A stretch of 63,609 bases of DNA from a virus (lineage: Duplodnaviria; Caudoviricetes): the IMG/VR virus record IMGVR_UViG_3300037461_000542, positions 1 to 63,609 of that record; one strand, written 5' to 3'. Numbering within the stretch: the stretch's first letter is position 1; the number at the start of each line of letters is the position of its first letter. Below the pieces are notes generated by a model. That model was given only the letters and a program-made list of their open reading frames with translations, did no database searches and was not told the DNA's origin. Both the position numbers and the translations under genes were made by a program. This document shows, piece after piece, positions 1 through 9,023 of the stretch.

Positions 1-127
1 CGTTTGGCTTCCCCTTGGGCTTGATCATGGAAGCATCGCTTCCAGCCGGAAAGCAAAGCACGTCAAACGCCAGACTTTTCCCGCCCATAACCCATGCGCC
101 CTTGGAGTCAAGGCGCGGTACGCGAAC
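1..127. repeat. Terminal direct repeat, copy 1 (identical to 63483-63609)
   Basis: The sequence cgtttggcttcc...ggtacgcgaac occurs at both ends. The 127-nt length matches a common assembler k-mer, so this is probably circular overlap. Confidence 0.95.
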
Positions 128-226
128 TGGAACGCACAACGTATGCTTACGAGTTTCGCCATCTTTTTGGTTAACCGATACGCCTTGCGGCGCGCCTTTG
201 CCCTGTGCTTTCGCTTTCTTTGCCAT
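1..226 (-). CDS. N-terminal part of a 215-aa hypothetical protein spanning the circular junction (continues 63482 down to 63061)
   Basis: ATG at 226 with a GAGGAG RBS at 240-235. The open frame MAKKAKAQGKGAPQGVSV...AWV runs into MGGKSLAF of ORF 63061..63570 without a stop. Confidence 0.85.
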   Translation of the reverse strand, partial: MAKKAKAQGKGAPQGVSVNQKDGETRKHTLCVPVRVPRLDSKGAWVMGGKSLAFDVLCFPAGSDASMIKPKGKPN

Positions 227-408
227 TGTTGTTACTCCTCATGTTGTGGGTTGTGGGTTGTGATACTATCCTCTATCCTCATCTTCTATTGCCACAACCA
301 CCTGAAAAGCATGCTTCTGGTGGCTTGCGCCATCCAGGTGCTATCAATGGGACGACGGGTTAATACCACCAGAGCGCACATTACGCTCCCTCTCTATAAT
401 CTGTATAA

Positions 409-614
409 AAACAAATACTTATAATATATAGCCACGTATCTTACTATTATTATTATAATATTATATTATATTATTATATTATTATTAGTATAGTTATATT
501 ATATCTTCCCCCCTATAGTCCCCCCAGAGCACAACCTAAAGGCTGACTCTTCTGCTTCTGCAGGCCCAAAGAGACCTATTTTTTAATCATTAGTTCTACA
601 AAAACAAACACTTA
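409..614 (+). promoter_or_regulatory. Two IHF-like sites (409-421 and 602-614) in the divergent intergenic region
   Basis: AAACAAATACTTA and AAACAAACACTTA, each one mismatch from the IHF consensus WATCAANNNNTTR. Confidence 0.4.
445..504. repeat. AT-rich low-complexity tract A
   Basis: 60 nt of TAT/TTA/TATAAT units with no C and two G on the + strand, followed by CCCCCCTATAGTCCCCCC. Confidence 0.9.
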
Positions 615-907
615 CCACCCTTTTTAAAATTGGAAAAATATTTTTGGAGAGAAATTTGTGCATAAGGTGCGAAGCACCGCTATATATTGTGGTTTTGGAA
701 AAAATGACATCGTTTTTGGAGGGACTTTTTTACTTCCTTTTTTGCAATTCCCGAAAAAAACGATGGTCTTTTAAAATTTTTATTTCGAAATATTTTAAAA
801 GGTTACGAGGTCTTGAAAAAATAGTTGGTTGTTAAGTGCCTCTAAAATTGTATATCTGGTCAAGGGGGGAAGATTCTATCTTCCTAAAAATGCGTCGAGG
901 TATCTAT

Positions 908-1513
908 ATGCCAGGAGAGATTCCTGTTACGGGTGACATTGAACCCGAGAATGAAGAGTTGAAGAAACAAAGATTCGCGCCCGGTAAAAATGGGAGGCGT
1001 TCAGCCGAGGGCACTACAGCCCTTGCTTTTACATCCACGGATCTCATTGATCCGAAGCTTCTGAAACCTGGAGTCATCAACGACAAAGGGATGCTCGCCC
1101 GGCTCTATTCTGCCGGTCTCACCCACGAGGAGATTGCCGACTATTTCGGAGTCACTCGTGTTGCAGTCACGAAGATGATCATGCGCGAAGGTTTGGAACG
1201 GGATCTCACAGACCCCATCGCGTTTAAAGAAAATATGCATGACGAGATCCTACGTCGCATGGAAATCCTCCTGCGTTATATGAGTCCCGATAAGATGAAC
1301 AAAGCTTCCTTGTCCCAGCTAATCATGGCCTTCGGCACGCTGTATGACAAGATGCGACTCCATCGCGGAGAGAGCACGGCTAACGTGGCCTCCGTCAACA
1401 TACACAAGATAGATCCATCCGATCTCAAACACATTCGGGAAATTATATCTCGGCAGACAGCGAAGAAACTCACAGAGGTAAAGAAAGAGTATGAACTTCA
1501 AGATTCGCTATAA
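908..1513 (+). CDS. HTH DNA-binding protein, putative terminase small subunit
   Basis: HTH LYSAGLTHEEIADYFGVTRVAVTK and a helical 'KASLSQLIMAFGTLYDKMRL' segment. First gene of the + strand operon. ATG 908 follows GAGG. Confidence 0.55.
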   Translation: MPGEIPVTGDIEPENEELKKQRFAPGKNGRRSAEGTTALAFTSTDLIDPKLLKPGVINDKGMLARLYSAGLTHEEIADYFGVTRVAVTKMIMREGLERDLTDPIAFKENMHDEILRRMEILLRYMSPDKMNKASLSQLIMAFGTLYDKMRLHRGESTANVASVNIHKIDPSDLKHIREIISRQTAKKLTEVKKEYELQDSL

Positions 1514-1820
1514 TGGCGCTACCATTCCCGTTCTTTTCGTAGAACATGACGCACTCACGAAGATTGGGGTGGACATAAAGGTTCTTGAAGATGGTGAGTT
1601 TCTTTTCGGTATGTACCGTTCCTTGCAGCAGATCATACTCCTCAACAAAGAACACAAACAATGGTTTGAAGTTTTCATGCACGAGCTTCTTGAATACGTA
1701 AAGACAGCCTACGGGGTGGACATAGATCACGATCACCTCTCAGTCATATCCAAGGTTCTTGCAGACATCATGAAACAGAATAAGAAAGAGTTTATAAGAA
1801 TGTTGGAGGAAGATAATTGA
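1491..1820 (+). CDS. Small phage protein with a degenerate zincin-like motif
   Basis: G-x-Y...IILLN...FMHELLE (HExxE rather than HExxH). Confidence 0.55.
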   Translation: MNFKIRYNGATIPVLFVEHDALTKIGVDIKVLEDGEFLFGMYRSLQQIILLNKEHKQWFEVFMHELLEYVKTAYGVDIDHDHLSVISKVLADIMKQNKKEFIRMLEEDN

Positions 1821-2239
1821 AAATAATAATGAAAAAGCTATTTTTGATTTTGGCAATCCTGATTTTCGCAGCACCCGTAATGGCGCAGACATGGCACACG
1901 GCAAACCAGGTCACGCTCACATGGGACGCGGTGCCAAAGGTGGCAACGACAGACAGCGCAAACAAATATCAGGTGTATATCAAGTTTCAATCAACGACCG
2001 CCGCGCCTGTTCTGGTCGGAAGCGAGATCGAGGCGACCCAGCAGGCGGTGAGCTTTTCGGCCGAGGGTCGTTATTACTTATGCGTCGATGCAGCCAGATA
2101 CCCGCAAGGCGAGACTCAGCCGGTGCGGTCAGAGATTGCCTGCTCACACGATGCGGCGTCAACAGCAGACGGAACGCCATTCGGCGTTAAATACTTCATC
2201 CACCCTACCAAGCCTGGAAAGCTACGAGTGGGGAACTAA
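1817..2239 (+). CDS. Secreted FN3/Ig-like protein
   Basis: Signal peptide MKKLFLILAILIFAAPVMA followed by an FN3-like pattern VTLTWDAV..YQVY..GRYYLCV..SEIA. Confidence 0.65.
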   Translation: MKIIMKKLFLILAILIFAAPVMAQTWHTANQVTLTWDAVPKVATTDSANKYQVYIKFQSTTAAPVLVGSEIEATQQAVSFSAEGRYYLCVDAARYPQGETQPVRSEIACSHDAASTADGTPFGVKYFIHPTKPGKLRVGN

Positions 2240-3043
2240 ATGCAACTACTAATCCGCAATTTCGACAGCACCAATCCCGACCCCGACCTTGACCGGCAGG
2301 GGTGCCGCAAGCGCGGTATGTGCGATGCGGTCATGCCGGACGGCCATGTGTGGGGCAGGCTTGAGGGATTACCTAAGTTTGTCATTATCAAATGCGCCAT
2401 AACTGATGAAGACCTCGCTCCCTACGTTGGATTGCGTAAAGTCTGGCGGGATGTGCTGGACTACGAAGTGACCGGGCAGAATATCAACCAGGGTTGGTAC
2501 GATGTTCGCGTGTTTGAAACGGCGTCCAGCCCTTCTGGTTTAAATGCGATCATTGGTGCCAAGGCTTCCAAAATCCAAGGATATCTTACACGCTGGGGCT
2601 GCATCAATATCGTTTTAGGCGCTAACCAAATCTCCTTCCGTTTCCGCCTTTCGGCAGCGGTGCAAAGCCAGGAGTTTTGGGACGTAACGGCTGAGCAGCT
2701 TGCAGCGGTATCGTTTAACATCGACTCCTACACTAACGGAGTCGGCACCGTTACCGTTACCGTTCCGCAGGCAACCAAGCCGGAGATGGTAACGTATAAA
2801 ATCCTTGAGCGTGGAGGCGCAATCGTTTCCGCAGCGCATCCGGTCTATACGTTTACAATAGAGCGTAGGACGATCTTGCAGAGTTTTAGGAGCGACATCA
2901 AGCGCAAGGCCGAGCAAGTCTATATGTATCAACAGCATCGAATCAACGAAGCCACGATGGGCGCAGCGGTTGCGGCGGGTGGGTATCTCACGTTGACCAA
3001 GGCCGAATTGCTTGCGGCGATCCGAAACATGGCGGCTGAATAA
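2240..3043 (+). CDS. Hypothetical protein (accessory virion module)
   Basis: 267-aa ORF tightly coupled to its neighbours. Confidence 0.75.
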   Translation: MQLLIRNFDSTNPDPDLDRQGCRKRGMCDAVMPDGHVWGRLEGLPKFVIIKCAITDEDLAPYVGLRKVWRDVLDYEVTGQNINQGWYDVRVFETASSPSGLNAIIGAKASKIQGYLTRWGCINIVLGANQISFRFRLSAAVQSQEFWDVTAEQLAAVSFNIDSYTNGVGTVTVTVPQATKPEMVTYKILERGGAIVSAAHPVYTFTIERRTILQSFRSDIKRKAEQVYMYQQHRINEATMGAAVAAGGYLTLTKAELLAAIRNMAAE

Positions 3044-3969
3044 TGGCTGATAAAACCGTAACAGTAAAATCAGCAGACGGTGACTACACTACCCTCAATG
3101 CAGCTTTCTCTGGTGAAGATGGAGCCACCTTTGACGCCTTCACTGGCGTATTGCATATTGTCTGTTATAATTTTGAGGATACAACTCTTGCTAATCAGGG
3201 GACCGGATTCGCAGACACAAGCGCAACCCATTATGTATCCATAGAAGCATACGATTCGCACGGCGGCAAATGGAGCACGAGCGCTTATCGTCTAAATGGG
3301 TCTCCACCACTCCACGGAATAGTATTAAATGTAAGAGCGGGATACAGCAGGATTACAGGGCTGCAATTAACATCGGCAGTGACGGCAAACCGATACGATC
3401 TTTTATCAATAGACACGGGTTCATCTGGATATACGGTCGTCGATAGTTGTATTTTAAAAGGACCGGGAGCTTCTGGAGCTACTTACACCAATGGGCTTTA
3501 TCATAATAGTTATAATTTAAATGTTTATAATTGTATCGTTTATGATTTTTCTTCGGAAGAGCAGAATAGAGGATTCGGAACCGGAAGCAGCGGTACAGCA
3601 AATTTTTTTAATTGTACCGCTGTAAATTGTTTTATAGGTTTTTTGCGTGAAGCCGGTACTTGTAACGCGACGAACTGCGGATGCTCCGGTTGCTCAACAG
3701 GGTTTAGCGGTACTATAACACAGACCACCTGCTCAACCTCTACTCCAACCTTTCTTGACGCTGATAACGACGATTTCCACTTAGCGTCAGGCGACACGAC
3801 CTGGAAAAACCAAGGTACCGATCTCTCCGGCACCTTCACAACAGACATAGACGGAGACACCCGCCCAACAGGGGCCGGCACATGGGACATCGGGGCGGAT
3901 GAATATATTGCGGCGGGTGGAAGCATAGTGCCATTGTTACTCAACCAGTATCGAGCACGAAGAGTTTAA
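3043..3969 (+). CDS. Right-handed beta-helix (pectin-lyase-like) protein, probable appendage or receptor-binding protein
   Basis: NCIVY/NCTAVNC beta-helix rungs and a C-terminal 'DFHL...DIDGDTRP...WDIGADEY' cap. Confidence 0.7.
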   Translation: MADKTVTVKSADGDYTTLNAAFSGEDGATFDAFTGVLHIVCYNFEDTTLANQGTGFADTSATHYVSIEAYDSHGGKWSTSAYRLNGSPPLHGIVLNVRAGYSRITGLQLTSAVTANRYDLLSIDTGSSGYTVVDSCILKGPGASGATYTNGLYHNSYNLNVYNCIVYDFSSEEQNRGFGTGSSGTANFFNCTAVNCFIGFLREAGTCNATNCGCSGCSTGFSGTITQTTCSTSTPTFLDADNDDFHLASGDTTWKNQGTDLSGTFTTDIDGDTRPTGAGTWDIGADEYIAAGGSIVPLLLNQYRARRV

Positions 3970-4046
3970 CATAGTTATCTTTATAACTATTTGCTATGTA
4001 ATAAAAACTATACTTAGAGCCATGTATGTGATAAAATGGAGGTACG

Positions 4047-4478
4047 ATGAAAAAGCTAATCGCCATCATCGCTTTTTTCTTACTAACCGCATTACCTGCC
4101 CTTGCCATCACCGTCAACCTAACCTTTGAGTGGGATCCCAACCAAGAGACAGACCTTGCAGGCTACCGCCTGTATATGTCGTCCACCAGCGGCATGAAAA
4201 AATGCCTATGCATAGTTCAGGGTGGTGGTGGAGGTGGTGCTGGTGGACTCAATACAGATTCGGCTGGCGGTGGAGGTGGCGGCGGTGGATGCGCGATCAA
4301 GCTTTTAACGTCAACCAATATTGGGGCCAGCAAAGAAGTCTATGTCGGAGGCGGAGGTGCAGCCACAAGCAATGGACAGGCGTCGAGAATAGGTGCTTCG
4401 GGATCTGAGTTGCTCATCGGTGGTTACGGCAGCGCAGGCGCGGCAGGAGTTATTTACATCATAGAGTTTTTAGGATAG
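4047..4478 (+). CDS. Chimeric protein: signal peptide and FN3 N-terminal fragment fused to a glycine-rich tail-associated domain
   Basis: LTFEWDPNQETDLAGYRLY, then TSGMKKCLCIVQGGGGGG...GAAGVIYIIEF. RBS GGAGG. Confidence 0.6.
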   Translation: MKKLIAIIAFFLLTALPALAITVNLTFEWDPNQETDLAGYRLYMSSTSGMKKCLCIVQGGGGGGAGGLNTDSAGGGGGGGGCAIKLLTSTNIGASKEVYVGGGGAATSNGQASRIGASGSELLIGGYGSAGAAGVIYIIEFLG

Positions 4479-4481
4479 GCG

Positions 4482-4910
4482 ATGGCAGACTACATTTACT
4501 TAGAGGACGGCAGCGGGAAACTTCTACTGGAAAGCGGCGATGCTTATTTGATGGAGCAATCGACGCCTGCTGTCACTCTTAGGCTATCGTCCAACATCGC
4601 AGCCGCCGCAGCGACAGATACGACTTATCAGCTTTCGGCCCCATCCGGCAAAAGCAGTTCGGATTTTCAGGCTGGAAAAATCAGTGACGATACTAATCCG
4701 ATCACAACCGACCTTGCGAGCGGCAAGTACACTGAACTTGAGTGGTCCTGCAAGACGGCACTCGGCCTTGCAGATGGCGATGAGATCGAGTTTCGTATCA
4801 CCAACGCCGGGACGGTGATTGACACATATACGGTAACTCCGAAGATTACGATTGGGGCTGGAGCAACAACTATAGTACCAATTTTATTACGACAGTATAG
4901 AGTAAAGTAA
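4482..4910 (+). CDS. Hypothetical virion-associated protein
   Basis: N-terminal YLEDGSGKLLLESG motif, beta-rich body, C-terminal IVPILLRQYR. Confidence 0.7.
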   Translation: MADYIYLEDGSGKLLLESGDAYLMEQSTPAVTLRLSSNIAAAAATDTTYQLSAPSGKSSSDFQAGKISDDTNPITTDLASGKYTELEWSCKTALGLADGDEIEFRITNAGTVIDTYTVTPKITIGAGATTIVPILLRQYRVK

Positions 4911-4922
4911 GGATTAACTATA

Positions 4923-5216
4923 ATGGGGAATAAAACAAGCTATAAAAGAGTTGCATCGGCTCAGATTACAACTAAACCTGGGGTTCTCCATGCCTATGCT
5001 GTAGGAACTAATGGGATGAATGATGCTACAATTAAAATATATGATACAGACAGTGCCGCATTAGCAGCCGATACCAATTGTATGTGGGAATGTACTGTCC
5101 CCTCAACTGGTATGTATGGAGGTAGAAATGTACTTCCAAGAGGGTTGGATTTTAAAGTTGGTTTATATGTAGAATTAATTGGTGCCGGTGCTTTCTATTT
5201 TATTGAATATAAGTAA
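4923..5216 (+). CDS. Small beta-rich structural protein
   Basis: 97 aa with the pattern ATIKIYD...GLDFKVGLYV typical of small phage structural proteins. Confidence 0.65.
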   Translation: MGNKTSYKRVASAQITTKPGVLHAYAVGTNGMNDATIKIYDTDSAALAADTNCMWECTVPSTGMYGGRNVLPRGLDFKVGLYVELIGAGAFYFIEYK

Positions 5217-5227
5217 AGGAGTTTAGT

Positions 5228-6742
5228 ATGCGTTTTCTTAGACAGAATACAGCAACAATAGTAACAGTAGGTCCGTTCTATGATAAAACGGATGGTGTCA
5301 CTATTGAAACTGGATTGACTATTACCAACGAAAAAATTTCGGCTACAGTGGATTTAAACGATGGAAGCGCACCAACTCTTGTGTTAGATAACGTGACTGG
5401 CGCTACTTCCGGCACATCTAACGATCTAAATTACATTACCAACTGCGATGCTGGATTGATGCAACTTGAACTTGCAGCCGCCAATGTAAACTATGTGGGC
5501 CGGTTTTTTCTAACGATAACCGATGCGGCGAACCATGTTCCAGTGTTTCATGAGTTTACTATTCTACCAGCAAACGTGTATGACTCGTTCATCCTCGGGA
5601 CTGACTATCTGCAAACTCATGCCGTTGAAATTACTAACGACCTGATTACAGCGGCGGCGATTGCGAATGGTGCTATTGATGCGAACACTTTTGCGGCAGG
5701 AGCAATTAATGCGGCGGCGATTGCGGACAGCGCCATTGATTTGGCGACCTTCGCAGCGGACGCCAAGACCGGATCGGCGCTCAAGGCAAACGTCGAAACG
5801 ATTACTGCGGGGGCGATCACGGCAGCAGCCATAGCAAATGGTGCAATCGACAACGCGACCTTCGCGGCTGATGTTGGAAGCACGGCATATGCCACCAACA
5901 TAATCGCCCTGGCGGCGGACAAGGCAATCGCTAATGCTGCTCTTGCTACGCAAGCAAGTGTAAACACGATTGACGATTTACTTGATACTGAGGTTGCTGC
6001 TATTTTGGCGGATACAAACGAACTGCAAACCGACCTTGTTAATGGAGGTCGCCTCGATCTGTTGATTGACGCAATAAAGGCGAAAACGGATTCGCTCACT
6101 TTCACCGTGGCCGGAGACGTTGACTGCAATGTGCAGACTTGGAAGGGCGCAGCGGCCCCGGATATGACCGGCGATGCTTACGCTCGTTTGGGCGCCCCTG
6201 CCGGAGCTTCGGTCAGCGCCGACATAGCCGCGATTGAGGCGCAGACTGACGATATCGGGGCAGCAGGCGCAGGCTTGACGGGGATTCCGTGGAACGCCGC
6301 ATGGGATGCTGAAGTCCAGAGCGAAGCAGCCGATGCACTCAATGCCTACGATCCTCCAACTAAGGCCGAGCTTGACACCGGGCTTGACGCACTGCCCACC
6401 GCAGCCGAAATAAAAACTGCTATTGAATCTGCTGGTAGCCATCTTGATTTGATCCTTGCGGATACCGGAACAGATGGGGTGGTAGTTGCTGCTGGATCTA
6501 AAACTGGCTACACGTTGTCCGATGCCGGGGTGGATGCTGTGTGGGACCGGGCCAGTTCATTGACGTTGAGCTTCGAGACTTTGCTGACTCGCGCCTACCA
6601 GATGATCAACAACAAGATGGAAGTAACCGACGCGGACGGCACCGTGAGCCTTAAAAACATTGGAGCGTCAGGGGAGATTGCTTCCGGCAGCGTGACGGAT
6701 AACAGCACTACCACTACCCGGCTAGAACTGACATGGGCATAA
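5228..6742 (+). CDS. Ala-rich fibre/appendage protein
   Basis: 504 aa with ~10-aa repeats ITAAAIANGA/IDANTFAAGA. RBS AAGGAG. Confidence 0.7.
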   Translation: MRFLRQNTATIVTVGPFYDKTDGVTIETGLTITNEKISATVDLNDGSAPTLVLDNVTGATSGTSNDLNYITNCDAGLMQLELAAANVNYVGRFFLTITDAANHVPVFHEFTILPANVYDSFILGTDYLQTHAVEITNDLITAAAIANGAIDANTFAAGAINAAAIADSAIDLATFAADAKTGSALKANVETITAGAITAAAIANGAIDNATFAADVGSTAYATNIIALAADKAIANAALATQASVNTIDDLLDTEVAAILADTNELQTDLVNGGRLDLLIDAIKAKTDSLTFTVAGDVDCNVQTWKGAAAPDMTGDAYARLGAPAGASVSADIAAIEAQTDDIGAAGAGLTGIPWNAAWDAEVQSEAADALNAYDPPTKAELDTGLDALPTAAEIKTAIESAGSHLDLILADTGTDGVVVAAGSKTGYTLSDAGVDAVWDRASSLTLSFETLLTRAYQMINNKMEVTDADGTVSLKNIGASGEIASGSVTDNSTTTTRLELTWA

Positions 6743-7191
6743 AGGGGACAGACATGGACATCAAAGCGATTCTTGCAAACTTCACAAGCGAAAAAGAGTT
6801 CACGGTGGAAGGTCAAATCCGCTGGCTGCAAAAGCAGGGGTTCACCCAAGACCAGATCGACCATGCGATTCTCAAGGTCTATTTTGACTTGGAGCGTGGC
6901 TGTATTCCCTGCAAGTGGAACACCGGAGCGGAAGTAGTTTATATGCCCGGTGATCAGCCAAAGTCCGGTGAGCATTGGGAAGGCGGCCCGATCAGCACCG
7001 GAAACGACCTTGACCAGTATTTGCTCAAAACGGCGAAAGACATTCGCACGAAGGAGCTATCCGACAAGGCCGCCGCGCTGGGGGATCTGGTTGCCAAGAT
7101 GAAATCCCAATGGGAGGCCGACGCGGCCAAGGCCAACGCCAAACCTGGTTTCTTCGCCCGTATGTTTAAAAAGAAGGAAGCCGAGGCATGA
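6733..7191 (+). CDS. Hypothetical protein
   Basis: Coupled ORF; the true start may be the second Met, after AAGGGG. Confidence 0.7.
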   Translation: MGIKGTDMDIKAILANFTSEKEFTVEGQIRWLQKQGFTQDQIDHAILKVYFDLERGCIPCKWNTGAEVVYMPGDQPKSGEHWEGGPISTGNDLDQYLLKTAKDIRTKELSDKAAALGDLVAKMKSQWEADAAKANAKPGFFARMFKKKEAEA

Positions 7192-7349
7192 ACTATAAGC
7201 CATTTTGCGGCTACTGGTTTTACGGGGGCGCTAACGCTAATCAACGGGCTGCTTTCTATTGCTCATGGGGGTTAATGTCGGTTGCGGCTTTGGTGGGTGG
7301 GGTATCAAAAGCGATATTTTCTATCTATTATAAATTCAGGAGGCAGTAA
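7188..7349 (+). CDS. 53-aa small protein, paralog A (not in ORF track)
   Basis: ATGA overlap with the upstream gene. MNYKPFCGYWFYGGANANQRAAFYCSWGLMSVAALVGGVSKAIFSIYYKFRRQ. Confidence 0.75.
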   Translation: MNYKPFCGYWFYGGANANQRAAFYCSWGLMSVAALVGGVSKAIFSIYYKFRRQ

Positions 7350-7350
7350 A

Positions 7351-7512
7351 ATGAACTACCTAGCTTGGGTTGGGTACAGTTTTTTTAACGCCTCTACAGC
7401 GGCAAAGCGAGCCTCGTTATTTGCTTCCTACGGCCTGCTTGAAACGGCTCCTGGATATACGCCGCCAACTTTTGTTAAACGCCTACAGGATTGGTTTTGG
7501 GAATTCTTTTAA
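7351..7512 (+). CDS. 53-aa small protein, paralog B
   Basis: RBS AGGAGG. MNYLAWVGYSFFNASTAAKRASLFASYGLLETAPGYTPPTFVKRLQDWFWEFF. Confidence 0.75.
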   Translation: MNYLAWVGYSFFNASTAAKRASLFASYGLLETAPGYTPPTFVKRLQDWFWEFF

Positions 7513-7524
7513 AAGGAGTAGTAT

Positions 7525-8040
7525 ATGGGACGAATAAATGATGGGCAAGTAGTTGTGGATTTCCCACACCACAATATTCACAAACAGAGATCTTTTATAG
7601 TTTCTGATTATGATTCTGATGTTGATATTGCCGGGCCAAAATATTATAGATTCACAACTCCGAATACGGATATTCAGGTTCATTTTACATTTCAGGTTTT
7701 TGGTAACGCTGCTGGTACAGTGGAGTTTTATGAGAATCCTACTATAAATGCTGCTGGTAGTGCTATGACAGCGTACAATATGTATAGGCATGGTGATTCA
7801 GTACCGGATGCTACTCTTCTTGTTAAATATGATTCTACCACTACCTCAGATGGTACGCGAATATTTATCGCTCGTGTCGGCACCACTGGTATTCCAGTAG
7901 AAACTTCTGGAGGATCCGTCGGTTCTCGACTTGAGTTCGTACTAAAGAAGAACGAGGATTATATTTTAAAGTTTACATCAGATGCGGATAATAATAAACT
8001 CTGGGTGGACTTTATTTGGTATGAAGTTCTCGAAAAGTAG
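7525..8040 (+). CDS. Hypothetical beta-rich virion protein
   Basis: 171 aa, RBS AAGGAG, ends in EFVLKKNEDYILKFTS...FIWYE. Confidence 0.7.
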   Translation: MGRINDGQVVVDFPHHNIHKQRSFIVSDYDSDVDIAGPKYYRFTTPNTDIQVHFTFQVFGNAAGTVEFYENPTINAAGSAMTAYNMYRHGDSVPDATLLVKYDSTTTSDGTRIFIARVGTTGIPVETSGGSVGSRLEFVLKKNEDYILKFTSDADNNKLWVDFIWYEVLEK

Positions 8041-8046
8041 GAGATT

Positions 8047-8247
8047 ATGGATAAATATAAACAGAAAGAAGATGCTGAAGAGGCAATTAAAAATTACAAC
8101 CAGTCTGCCAAGAAACAGGAGAACGATCTTCGAGCGAAGGGTGTTGCTGAGAAGATGGTACTTCGTAAAAATGTTCTGGATTCGTTGGACGAAGATTTCA
8201 AGAATGCTGGGCAGACTGAATATGAACGTAAAATTTTTGGAAAGTAA
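8047..8247 (+). CDS. Hypothetical protein
   Basis: 66 aa, RBS GGAG. Confidence 0.65.
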   Translation: MDKYKQKEDAEEAIKNYNQSAKKQENDLRAKGVAEKMVLRKNVLDSLDEDFKNAGQTEYERKIFGK

Positions 8248-8256
8248 GGAGAGATT

Positions 8257-8628
8257 ATGAAAACAGCTAAATATGTTCTTGCAGTTTTGCTTTTGGGTTT
8301 TGTGTGCATAGGCGCAATGTGTCAGCAACAGATCCTAACGCCGGATAAGATGACAGTTAAGCAAAGGGCTACGTTTGCAATGAACTTGTATTCCAATGCC
8401 TACGATAACTATCTGGCTCAGTTCGCTGCAACACCTCAACCTATTACTGGAGCTACGAAGGAATATTTTCAAGCTTACAAACAGATGATGGAAGTTGCGT
8501 ATCCTATCGTTACTACCTATAGTCAGATTGCTGTAATTGGTGGGACTCCATCTCCTGAACAGGAGCAGGCAATTTTAACCCTCATCTATCAGATGCAGGC
8601 TATTCTTATGAAAGGGATGGTGAAATAA
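8257..8628 (+). CDS. Putative lipoprotein / exported protein
   Basis: Signal MKTAKYVLAVLLLGFVCIGAM-C with a lipobox-like Cys and a helical body. Confidence 0.55.
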   Translation: MKTAKYVLAVLLLGFVCIGAMCQQQILTPDKMTVKQRATFAMNLYSNAYDNYLAQFAATPQPITGATKEYFQAYKQMMEVAYPIVTTYSQIAVIGGTPSPEQEQAILTLIYQMQAILMKGMVK

Positions 8629-8629
8629 T

Positions 8630-8815
8630 ATGGCTGCTGACGCGATTGTTGTTGCAGGAATTACCGCAGGTACTTCAATTATTATCCAGGGCATGCAGGC
8701 ATGGATTGAAATGGCGAGAGCCTTGGGGCAGACTGAGGCGGAGATTGATGCTGCTTTTGTTGCTGCTAAACTCAGGTTTGAATCGAAGACTCCCGATAAA
8801 TTGCCCAATGCGTGA
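8630..8815 (+). CDS. Small hydrophobic protein
   Basis: 61 aa with an N-terminal hydrophobic stretch; coupled to neighbours. Confidence 0.6.
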   Translation: MAADAIVVAGITAGTSIIIQGMQAWIEMARALGQTEAEIDAAFVAAKLRFESKTPDKLPNA

Positions 8816-8820
8816 GGTGT

Positions 8821-9021
8821 ATGATGGCAGAAACTAAGTTTGAAATTGTTTTGAATAAGTTGAAACAGCCTTCTACTATTAAGGGATTGCTTGGTATTGC
8901 CAGCATCGTTGCTCTTCGATTTGGGGTTACTCTTGATCTCACAGTGGAAGACTTGCAGACTATTGTAGAAAGCGCAGCGGCTCTTTATTTTAGCATCGCC
9001 ATTCTGTGGCAGAAGTCGTAG
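8821..9021 (+). CDS. Putative holin-like membrane protein
   Basis: KLKQPSTIKGLLGIASIVAL...AAALYFSIAILW: two hydrophobic segments. RBS GAGGTG. Confidence 0.5.
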   Translation: MMAETKFEIVLNKLKQPSTIKGLLGIASIVALRFGVTLDLTVEDLQTIVESAAALYFSIAILWQKS

Positions 9022-9023
9022 CT

